Origin: Bacteroidota bacterium
GTDB lineage: Bacteria > Bacteroidota > Bacteroidia > UBA7662
Assembly: GCA_005799065.1 (NCBI GenBank)
Contig: SYHW01000068.1
Location: forward strand, 10,272 to 74,271
Direction: 5' to 3'
DNA length: 64,000 nt
Shown here: piece after piece, positions 47,201 to 54,638 of the stretch
Position numbering within the stretch: position 1 is the first letter of the stretch
How the letters are laid out: each line of letters starts with the position of its first letter
The notes under the pieces: generated by a model
What the model saw: the letters and a program-made list of their open reading frames with translations, nothing else
What the model was told of the DNA's origin: nothing
The model's database searches: none
Program-made: the position numbers and the translations under genes

Positions 47201-47895
47201 CGGGCAATGTGCGCATCAATGCAAGCTATACCCTACAGTTTGCGGATGGAACAGGTTCAGCACCGGAGCAGGCAACGAATATTATTCAAGCGGGTATCGA
47301 CAACCTCCGTACGCCCATTCCGTTAGACTTTGATGCACGCCACCGATTAGTGGGAACGCTTGATTTCCGCTTTGGTGAAGGAAAAGATTACAGTGGTCCC
47401 CGCATAGCTGGATTCGGTTTGCTCGAGGGTATTGGCTTTAATTTGGTAGCCAATGCCATTTCTGGCACTCCTTTTTCGAGGCAGACCATTCCCACACCAG
47501 ATGGAGCAGTGGTGGGTGGACTCCAGGGAAGAACGACTTTGAAAGGTGGAATTAACGGATCAAGGCTCCCATGGCAGTTCCGAATGAATCTGCGGGTCGA
47601 TAAGGACATTAATTTCAAGATGGGTTCCGACCGCAACGACAAGCCAAGGGAGGCAACGGTGAATGTGTTTCTTCAGGTCTTGAATCTATTCAACAACATG
47701 AATGTAATCAATGTGTATCAGTTCACCGGGGATCCCTTGGATGATGGATATCTCACAAGTGATCTGGGTCGCCAGCAGGCGCAGGGTGTACTCAACCAAC
47801 AGGCTTTCTTGGACTTGTATAGAGCATCAATGGATTCTCCAGGTAATTTCAGTATTCCACGACGCACCCGTTTAGGCGTTCGCTTTAACTTCTAA
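44236..47895 (+). CDS. oversized TonB-dependent-receptor-type outer-membrane barrel with carboxypeptidase-regulatory-like N-domain
   Basis: Signal peptide. GTLQGKVVD...PPGKYDVKVSYVGY (CarboxypepD_reg-like). Plug motifs NIRGSRS, YFIDGIRV and GGIPAQYGDATGGIINITTRG. About 1000 aa of barrel-like sequence ending ...GVRFNF. Confidence 0.85.
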   Translation: MKKTLYAGFFLFFACIATAFGQAGTGTLQGKVVDDLKPKEGIPFANVILEQNGAQKSGTTTDINGAYKFGAVPPGKYDVKVSYVGYNTREIKGVLVTADKSNFLDIRMTSGVDLSVIDVVDYEVPLISKDETSTGGTVTREEIAALPTRDVNSIAATTAGVFQQDEGSALNIRGSRSSSTEYFIDGIRVRGTTNLPNAAIEQTTVITGGIPAQYGDATGGIINITTRGPSGQFYGGAEVLSSFKVLEPYGYNLYALNFSGPLAKSKDRSVLGYFLSAEYETQVDPRPSAVGVWSLRPEVLDSISNNPYRASIFGSGVNRNSEFVTRDDMVLGQVRPNANRDRLSVAGKIDFQPTPLIGFTVGGNYDYVDFRNYSRANLLFSPNNMGFNTETTTRMYARYKQNFASSQDATIKNAYYTLQFDYTNSGTTQDGGDALGRNPFNYGHIGKFDYSQLPIFLSGSFVDSASGLPVRYDDVQILQGFGDRNLRFTPSTIDPGLSVWGTSFFNVLSATEFNSLSDVRLFGGLVNGLRPGSAYGIWQDPGRQFGGYSYSNNDLFRFTGFFSADIGKHALKFGFEYDQRIDRGYSVSAYAGGIGLWGIARALTNRHILELDLDNPLIDRDEFGFMLGDTVRYNRLYNAANQSTFDRNLRRSLGYADNDLRFINVDNLDPDQLKLSFFSAEELLNQGNSFVSYNGYDYLGNRLAKNPGFLDFFNDRINRPIPAFQPIYMAGFIEDKFAFDDLVFRVGVRVDRFDANQPVLADRFLLYPARTLAEVDGALNSSGAHPSIVPTNAVVYVNDVNTPNPTILGYRSGVQWYTAQGTEVRNASGIAAASASGRVTPYLRDTRQNEVRADAFVDYTPQINFMPRVAFSFPISDEAQFFAHYDVLTQRPSDFFRFDPRQYFFLQQIGGTINNPDLKPERTIDYQLGFKQRLNKSSALTISAFYRELRNMIQIINVPFAFPLDYRTYGNIDFGTVKGLTLSYDLRRTGNVRINASYTLQFADGTGSAPEQATNIIQAGIDNLRTPIPLDFDARHRLVGTLDFRFGEGKDYSGPRIAGFGLLEGIGFNLVANAISGTPFSRQTIPTPDGAVVGGLQGRTTLKGGINGSRLPWQFRMNLRVDKDINFKMGSDRNDKPREATVNVFLQVLNLFNNMNVINVYQFTGDPLDDGYLTSDLGRQQAQGVLNQQAFLDLYRASMDSPGNFSIPRRTRLGVRFNF

Positions 47896-47898
47896 GAA

Positions 47899-50800
47899 AT
47901 GATGATCAACATGAATATTTTCAAGCATATGAAGAAAATTGGCTTAGCACTACTGTTAATTAGTGTACTTTTTACAACGGTTCAGGCACGTGAGGATCTT
48001 TCTGTGGGTAGGAGAACCGACCAGAATAACCGAAATTTTATTGCGCGCTTGGCCTCCACCTGTACGCCACCTTCTGCCAAAATCAATCTCGACATTAATA
48101 ATGTGCGTACCATGATTTTGCGTGGGAACGATATGTGGTGGGATTTGGCCAGTAATCCACGCTATGAAATTCCGAAATTGGATGACCCCAGCTTGCCGAA
48201 AAAGCACTCCTTATTTGCTGGTTCGGTTTGGGTGGGTGGTATAGATGCTGTAGGTACGCTGAAAGTGGCCGCACAAACTTATCGTCAAACGACTGTGCTC
48301 GGCGTGGGTTGGTGGGCAGGTCCATTAACCCTCGACTCAGCTACTATCTCGAAAGCTGAGTGTGACCGTTGGGATACCCATTGGAAAGTAGAACGCAAAC
48401 AGATCCAGGATCACATTGCGGGTATTGAATCGGGCGACCCGAATTATGTGGTTCCTGATGCCATTCGCAACTGGCCTGCTAGTGGCGATGTGACATTGCT
48501 TCAAGACCCCAAATTGGCACCATTCGTTGATGTTGATGCGGATGATATTTACAACCCGAGTGCGGGCGATTATCCATTCATTTATGGCGACCAATCCATT
48601 TGGTTTGTTACGAATGATAAAGGAAATGCTCCAGGATCGGGTGGTACACCGATTGGTATGGAAATTCAGACCCAGGCATTTGGATATCGATCCAATGATG
48701 AATTGAACAATATGACGTTCTATTCGAATAAAATCATCAACAGGTCGTCCATCACCCTTAATAATTGCTTTATGGCACAGTGGGTCGATCCCGATCTTGG
48801 CCAAGCTACGGATGACTTTGTGGGATGTGATGTACCTCGTGGTTTAGGAATTTGTTACAATGGAGATGATGATGATGAGGGTATTCAGGGATATGGTGTC
48901 AATCCGCCTTCCATTGGTATTGACTTTTTTGAAGGTCCATTTTCTGACTTAAATGATGATATTGATAATGATCGTGATGGAACGGTTGATGAAATCGCTG
49001 CAACGGGTTGTGATCCAGAGCCGCGAACAGAGCGTATCATAATGGCGAAGTTTCTGTACTTCAACAATGACGGTACGCCTATCGGTAACCCTTCTACTGC
49101 TGAGCATGCGTATAATTATATGATTGGAAAATGGAAGGACAACAGTCAGATGGTTTATGGTGGTACGGGTTACCCGGGCTCTGTAGGTGCAACCACCACC
49201 CCAGCGGGATTGATGTTCCCTGGTGCTTCAGATCGCGCATATGGGTGGTCTATTGGTGGCTCGGTTCAAAATCCGATTGCCCCACCCTTTGATTGGGATG
49301 AAAATAATCCAGGGCCCGGTGCTCAGGCGAATGTTCCGGCAGACCGTCGGTTTGTTCAGTCTGCGGGTCCGTTCACTTTAGTGCCCGGGGCTGTGAATTA
49401 CATCACCATTGGAGTGGTTTGGGCTCGTGCCTCCTCAGGGGGTGCGCGCGGCTCCTTCAACCAGTTGTTGCGGGCAGATTCTAAGGCTCAGGCATTGTTT
49501 GATGCCTGTTTCAAAACCATCGATGGTCCTGATGCTCCAGATGTTTCTATTACTGAGTTGGATCAGGAACTCATTCTAAGTTTCTCTTATCGGCCTACCA
49601 GCAATAACTACAATCTCGGGTACCGTGAAATAGACCCGGTTATTCAGGCTTTGAATCGTGATCTTCCGCCCGGAACGCCTTTATATGATTCGGTGTACAA
49701 GTTCGAGGGTTTTAAGGTGTACCAATTGTCGGCCTCTAATGTTTCGACCGGTGAATTAGATGATCCGAGTCGCGCTCGTCTCTTGTATCAAGGTGATCTG
49801 AACAATGGTGTATCGAGAATCATCAATTGGAATTATGATTTGGATATGGAGCAATCGGTCCCATTCATTGCTGTGGATGGCGCCAATGAGGGTGTTCGGA
49901 TGACCTTGCGTGTTACCCGCGATCTGTTTGCCGAGGGTAGTGATCGTTTGGTGAACTTCAAACGCTATTATTATTTGGTAGTGGCCTATGCTTACAACCA
50001 ATATCAAGAATTTGATCCAGTTGCGCTGACTGGTCAACAGCTTCCGTATTTGGCTGGACGTAACAACGTCTCTACCTACACGGGGATTCCTCATAAGTGG
50101 GAGCCAACCTTCAATGGCTTGATTTTGAATTCTGCCTATGGCGATGGTCCGGAAATCACCCAATTGGAAGGGCGTGGTAATGGTGGAAGGAACCTTGAAC
50201 TCACGGATGAAACGCTTGTTGAGATTCTAAATAATGGATACGCGGTAGCGCCACAGTTTGAGAGGAGTTTTGGTCCCATCGACATAAAGGTCATTGATCC
50301 TACCTTGGTGCCTCGTGCAAAAATGCAGCTCGCCATGTACAAAGGAACACCAAGTGGTACAGCAGCAGTCGATAACAGCGCCCGTTGGTATATTTTGTAC
50401 AACAACGACACGATTTTCTCTGACACGACCATTGCATTAGCTAATGAGCAGATTCTCGGTTATTACGAGTCAACGGCTATTTTCCGTCGTTTGGGATTGA
50501 GTGCCACCATTCGGAATGTTGCCCCTCCGGGAGATGCAGCAGTCCTTGAAACGGGCAATGGTTTGATTACATCCGGTTATCGTTTTTCTGAGCCATCGCG
50601 TGAGTGGATGTTTGGTTTGCCTGATGGTTTTGGCTTGTTCGATTGGATTAAAGCGGGCCCGGCTAATGTTGGCGGTGGCGATGGGTTTATCGTTGATGGT
50701 GATCCAAAACGGGCTTACGAGGGAGTAGTGCGTATGACTATTCCCGGAACGGATGTGCAAGGAGGGACTTGGTCGCCCATGCGATTCGCTATGCCATCAG

Positions 50801-51870
50801 CCATCACGCCTGGGGTTTTCGTGGATGATGTTCCACAAGCCACACCTTTCCGTTTGGCCGCTCGTCTGGATAGCTTGAAGAGTGTTGATATTGTCATTAC
50901 TCCTGATAAATCGAAATGGACGCGTTGTGTTGTCTTAGAAATGTGTGAGGCCAGTGCCGAAGCACAGGGGGGACGTCGCAGAAATCACATTCGTGATGCA
51001 GCCTCAGTGGATAAGGATGGCAATGTTGATGCCAATGAAAGCCGTCGTGGTTTGGGCTGGTTCCCTGGTTACGCCATCAGTCTGGAAACGGGCGTGCGTT
51101 TGAACATAGCCTTTGGTGAGGACAGCCGCGCTTCCCTTTCTAATGGCCGCGACATGATTTGGAACCCAAATGACACTTTATTTGGTGATGTTGGTCGTGG
51201 TCAACCCCAAATTACCATGGGGGGCAAGCATTTTATCTATGTCTTTGGCTCGCGATATGATACAGCGAATTATGTATATAATCAATTGGCTGGCCCTGGG
51301 GTGAATGTCAATAATCTTGGTAATAGCCTATTGCGCAACGTATACCGAGAGGTGTTGTGGACCTCCATTCCACTGTTGTCTCCCGGTAAGCGACTACTTG
51401 ATAATGAGGTAAAGTTTAGCATACGTGTAAATAATTCCTATGGAAAGTTTCTGGCTCCTAGTGTTCAGGCCATTAACGCAGGGAATCCTCGTTATGAGTT
51501 CGACTTAACAGATTTGGCTCCCATTAAGAATGATTTGCCTACTGCTCAAAAGGCACTCGATTTGATTAGGGTTGTGCCCAATCCGTATTATGGTGCATCA
51601 CGCTATGAGACGAGCCAGATCGACAATCGGGTGCGCATTACCAACTTACCCATTCAATGCGTGATTAAAATCTACACCTTAAACGGCACCCTGATCCGTA
51701 CCCTGAGGAAGGACGATGCCAGTACATTTGTTGACTGGGATTTATTGAATCAGGAGCGTATTCCTATTGCTAGTGGGATGTATTTGCTTCATGTGAATGC
51801 CCCGGGCATTGGTGAGAAAGTGGTGAAGTGGTTTGGGGTTACCCGGCCTATCGACTTAGATACATTCTAA
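47899..51870 (+). CDS. 1323-aa uncharacterised secreted protein with acidic Ca-binding-like loop and T9SS-like C-terminal domain
   Basis: Starts 3 nt after the barrel gene (likely signal peptide MKKIGLALLLISVLFTTVQA from ATG 47929). DDIDNDRDGTVDE loop. Last ~90 aa are VVPNPYYG...IKIYTLNGTLIRTL...ASGMYLLHV. No catalytic motif recognised. Confidence 0.8.
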   Translation: MMINMNIFKHMKKIGLALLLISVLFTTVQAREDLSVGRRTDQNNRNFIARLASTCTPPSAKINLDINNVRTMILRGNDMWWDLASNPRYEIPKLDDPSLPKKHSLFAGSVWVGGIDAVGTLKVAAQTYRQTTVLGVGWWAGPLTLDSATISKAECDRWDTHWKVERKQIQDHIAGIESGDPNYVVPDAIRNWPASGDVTLLQDPKLAPFVDVDADDIYNPSAGDYPFIYGDQSIWFVTNDKGNAPGSGGTPIGMEIQTQAFGYRSNDELNNMTFYSNKIINRSSITLNNCFMAQWVDPDLGQATDDFVGCDVPRGLGICYNGDDDDEGIQGYGVNPPSIGIDFFEGPFSDLNDDIDNDRDGTVDEIAATGCDPEPRTERIIMAKFLYFNNDGTPIGNPSTAEHAYNYMIGKWKDNSQMVYGGTGYPGSVGATTTPAGLMFPGASDRAYGWSIGGSVQNPIAPPFDWDENNPGPGAQANVPADRRFVQSAGPFTLVPGAVNYITIGVVWARASSGGARGSFNQLLRADSKAQALFDACFKTIDGPDAPDVSITELDQELILSFSYRPTSNNYNLGYREIDPVIQALNRDLPPGTPLYDSVYKFEGFKVYQLSASNVSTGELDDPSRARLLYQGDLNNGVSRIINWNYDLDMEQSVPFIAVDGANEGVRMTLRVTRDLFAEGSDRLVNFKRYYYLVVAYAYNQYQEFDPVALTGQQLPYLAGRNNVSTYTGIPHKWEPTFNGLILNSAYGDGPEITQLEGRGNGGRNLELTDETLVEILNNGYAVAPQFERSFGPIDIKVIDPTLVPRAKMQLAMYKGTPSGTAAVDNSARWYILYNNDTIFSDTTIALANEQILGYYESTAIFRRLGLSATIRNVAPPGDAAVLETGNGLITSGYRFSEPSREWMFGLPDGFGLFDWIKAGPANVGGGDGFIVDGDPKRAYEGVVRMTIPGTDVQGGTWSPMRFAMPSAITPGVFVDDVPQATPFRLAARLDSLKSVDIVITPDKSKWTRCVVLEMCEASAEAQGGRRRNHIRDAASVDKDGNVDANESRRGLGWFPGYAISLETGVRLNIAFGEDSRASLSNGRDMIWNPNDTLFGDVGRGQPQITMGGKHFIYVFGSRYDTANYVYNQLAGPGVNVNNLGNSLLRNVYREVLWTSIPLLSPGKRLLDNEVKFSIRVNNSYGKFLAPSVQAINAGNPRYEFDLTDLAPIKNDLPTAQKALDLIRVVPNPYYGASRYETSQIDNRVRITNLPIQCVIKIYTLNGTLIRTLRKDDASTFVDWDLLNQERIPIASGMYLLHVNAPGIGEKVVKWFGVTRPIDLDTF

Positions 51871-51884
51871 AAGACCGTCTATTT

Positions 51885-52937
51885 ATGAAACTGATGAATA
51901 TTTCAAGATTTTTTTTGTGTTTCGGTATCGGGGCTCTGATCAGCACGCCTGTTTGGGCCGGTAACCCTGATCGTAGAGGACAAGCGGGCGCCACTGAACT
52001 GTTGATTATGCCCTGGGCAAGAAGTTCCGGTTGGGTCGGTGTAAATTCTTCGTGTATTCGTGGCATTGAAGCAGAGCGCATGAATATTGCGGGATTGGCT
52101 TTTACCCAAAAAACTGAATTGAATTTTGCTCGAACTACCTGGTTGAGTGGTAGTGATGTGTATGTTAATGGTTTTGGTTTGGCTCAGCGTATCAACGAGT
52201 CGAGTGTTCTTGGTGTATCTGTGATGTCGCTCGATGTGGGTGCTGTGGATATCACAACCGTCGAAAGTCCGGATGGTGGTTTAGGAACGTTTAAACCTTC
52301 ATTCTCGAATATTGGATTGTCTTATGCGAAGTCTTTTTCGGATCGGATCCACGGAGGAGTAACGCTGCGGATTATATCTCAAAGTATATCCGACGTGTCC
52401 GCTCAAGGCGTGGCTTTCGATGCGGGTATCCAATACGTTACCGGTAAAAAGGAAGAAATGAAGTTCGGTATAGCCCTCCGAAACGTGGGTACACCTATGG
52501 TTTTTGGTGGGGATGGTTTATCCGCCCGTGGTACCATGCAAGGCAGTACGGTGCCTCTTACCTTGAGCCAGCGTTCTCAGGGCTTTGAATTGCCTTCCTT
52601 AATGAATATTGGTGCGTCTTATGATATTTATCTGACCGACGACGACAATTACCGCCTTACGCTTGCGGGTAATTTCGCGTCCAATTCGTTTACCAATGAT
52701 CAATATGGCTTTGGCGCAGAATTGAGTTTCAAGAATATCATCGCTCTTCGTACGGGTTATCAGGTGGAGGATAATCTCTCCGATCAGTCATTGGTTCAAA
52801 ATGTGTACACGGGCATGAATTACGGCATTTCAATCGACGCCCCCAGTGGTAAAAGTCGCTTTGGCTTCGACTACGCTTACCGGGCCAGTAACCCTTTCAG
52901 CGGCACCCACGTTATTGGTGTGCGTTACGGATTGTAA
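51885..52937 (+). CDS. PorV/PorQ-family (FadL-like) outer-membrane barrel protein
   Basis: Signal peptide MKLMNISRFFLCFGIGALISTPVWA. N-terminal GATELLIMPWARSSGW...NIAGLAF resembles the PorV-family entry motif. Alternating beta-strand pattern. Ends ...GVRYGL. The ORF track start at 51828 overlaps the upstream gene, so ATG 51885 is preferred. Confidence 0.7.
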   Translation: MKLMNISRFFLCFGIGALISTPVWAGNPDRRGQAGATELLIMPWARSSGWVGVNSSCIRGIEAERMNIAGLAFTQKTELNFARTTWLSGSDVYVNGFGLAQRINESSVLGVSVMSLDVGAVDITTVESPDGGLGTFKPSFSNIGLSYAKSFSDRIHGGVTLRIISQSISDVSAQGVAFDAGIQYVTGKKEEMKFGIALRNVGTPMVFGGDGLSARGTMQGSTVPLTLSQRSQGFELPSLMNIGASYDIYLTDDDNYRLTLAGNFASNSFTNDQYGFGAELSFKNIIALRTGYQVEDNLSDQSLVQNVYTGMNYGISIDAPSGKSRFGFDYAYRASNPFSGTHVIGVRYGL

Positions 52938-52961
52938 GGAATTTTTAATAATTTTACCTGT

Positions 52962-52993
52962 GAACGCCCCAATACGGGGCGTTCCTTTGTTTT
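52962..52993 (+). terminator. rho-independent terminator after the three-gene module
   Basis: Perfect 9-bp GC-rich stem gaacgcccc / ggggcgttc with loop aatac, followed by ctttgtttt. Confidence 0.8.
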
Positions 52994-53007
52994 AATAGTC
53001 TGAGTTC

Positions 53008-53481
53008 ATGAGCGAAACATCATATTTTACACAAACCGGTCTCGATAAGTTAAAGGATGAGTTAACCGATTTAAAAACGCGCGGAAGGGCCGAAATGGCC
53101 AAAGCCATCCAAGAAGCGCGCGACAAAGGCGATCTTTCCGAAAATGCAGAATACGACGCGGCTAAGGATGCCCAAGGTCTTTTGGAAATGCGTATTGCTA
53201 AGTTGGAAAATGTTTTGGCAAGCGCTCGTGTTTTGGACGAGAGTACCATTGATTTGTCGCGCGTTCAAGTGCTGACGAAAGTAAAGATTCGGAACCTGGC
53301 CAACAATGCAGAAATGACATACAGCATTGTTTCTGAGAAGGAGGCGGATTTAAAGGCGGGTAAGATTTCCAGTACTTCACCCATTGGAAAAGGACTTGTG
53401 GGCAAAGCGAAGGGAGAAATAGCAGAAATTCAGGTGCCATCCGGGATCATGACATTTGAGATATTGGATATCAGTATTTAA
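53008..53481 (+). CDS. greA: transcription elongation factor GreA
   Basis: 157 aa. LSENAEYDAAKDAQ coiled-coil motif and a C-terminal FKBP-like domain. Confidence 0.95.
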   Translation: MSETSYFTQTGLDKLKDELTDLKTRGRAEMAKAIQEARDKGDLSENAEYDAAKDAQGLLEMRIAKLENVLASARVLDESTIDLSRVQVLTKVKIRNLANNAEMTYSIVSEKEADLKAGKISSTSPIGKGLVGKAKGEIAEIQVPSGIMTFEILDISI

Positions 53482-53485
53482 TAGT

Positions 53486-53896
53486 ATGCCCTCACTGTTT
53501 ACACGCATCATAAAAGGGGAGATTCCATGTCATTTTATTGCTGAGGATGATCGGTTTTTCGCTTTTCTTGACATCCAGCCGCTTACAATGGGTCATGTGC
53601 TGGTGGTTCCCAAGGTTGAGGCTGATTATGTTTTTGATTTGGATGCTGATACCTACACGGGATTGTTTGAATTTGCACGATTGGTTGCCCCTGCCATTGA
53701 AGCGGTTATTTCTTGTAAACGAATCGGACTTGCAATCGTAGGATTAGAAGTGCCCCATGTGCATATTCACCTGATTCCGATGAATCAAGGAAGTGATATG
53801 GATTTTGGCAAACGGAAACTTAATCCGTCGTCTGAAGATTTGGCCGGTACGTCAGAGGCAATAAGAGCCCAGTTCCTTAAGCGAACTGCATCTTAA
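53486..53896 (+). CDS. HIT-family hydrolase
   Basis: FTRIIKGEIPC N-terminus and histidine triad HVHIHLIP. ATG 53486 preferred over the upstream ORF start at 53456. Confidence 0.9.
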   Translation: MPSLFTRIIKGEIPCHFIAEDDRFFAFLDIQPLTMGHVLVVPKVEADYVFDLDADTYTGLFEFARLVAPAIEAVISCKRIGLAIVGLEVPHVHIHLIPMNQGSDMDFGKRKLNPSSEDLAGTSEAIRAQFLKRTAS

Positions 53897-54447
53897 CCGC
53901 CTCTTACCCGATTCGGATTGTTTTTGATAAAGGAGGACCAGTTTGTTGGGCCTGAGCGTGATGCAGCACCTTTACGCAATCCGAAAGCATGACAAAGTGA
54001 TACGGCAACGGCATCGGTGGCGTCGGTAGGTAAATGATCGGTGATCGAATTCTTGAGTAAAATGGGCAACATCGCGGCGACTTGTTCCTTTCCAGCATTG
54101 CCGTTGCCCGTGATGGCTTGTTTTACCCTGCGCGGGGCATATTCAAATACCGGTATATCCAATTGCAGTGCAGCCGCTATCACTACCCCCTGAGCTCTTC
54201 CGAGCTTCAGGGTACTTTGAATATTCTTTCCATAAAATGGTGCTTCGATGGCCATCGCTTCAGGACGATGAAGGCGCATGAATGCCATGGCCGAATGAAG
54301 GATGTGTTTCAGTCGGTCTGCTGAATCTTCCTCTACGCTTTTCCAAATGCCCGCTTCCAAGAGCTCGTGATCAGAGCCGGAGCATCGAATGAGCCCATAG
54401 CCCGTAACACGCGACCCAGGGTCGATGCCCAAAATTAGTGTTTCCAC
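53893..54447 (-). CDS. ruvC: crossover junction endodeoxyribonuclease RuvC
   Basis: LILGIDPGSRVTGYGLI N-terminus. The ORF is open to ATG 54513, but GTG 54447 gives the canonical N-terminus, so the start is uncertain. 4-nt convergent overlap with the HIT gene. Confidence 0.88.
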   Translation of the reverse strand: METLILGIDPGSRVTGYGLIRCSGSDHELLEAGIWKSVEEDSADRLKHILHSAMAFMRLHRPEAMAIEAPFYGKNIQSTLKLGRAQGVVIAAALQLDIPVFEYAPRRVKQAITGNGNAGKEQVAAMLPILLKNSITDHLPTDATDAVAVSLCHAFGLRKGAASRSGPTNWSSFIKNNPNRVRGG

Positions 54448-54638
54448 CAGCAAGAAAATTGACCAGAAAAATGAAAGTACATGCACAAATATAGAGCGAA
54501 TGCAAGGCCACATCCCCTAAATTGCAAGCGCATCGGGTCGTTGATTTTGCTGATACGGTTAGGAATAGACTCTAAGCTCCTAACTGCGCTGATCCTAAAC
54601 CCTCGGAACCCACCCATCGTGTCAAAGAAATGTAAAAT

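Noticed and set aside
47899-52937. Reading the 1323-aa gene plus the PorV-like gene as the standard porU-porV pair
   Set aside because: Size and adjacency fit. However, I could not find gingipain/C25-like His and Cys active-site contexts (for example a GHG-type histidine motif or a conserved Cys after a hydrophobic strand) anywhere in the protein. This is not fully excluded without an HMM search and is kept as the main refutation test.
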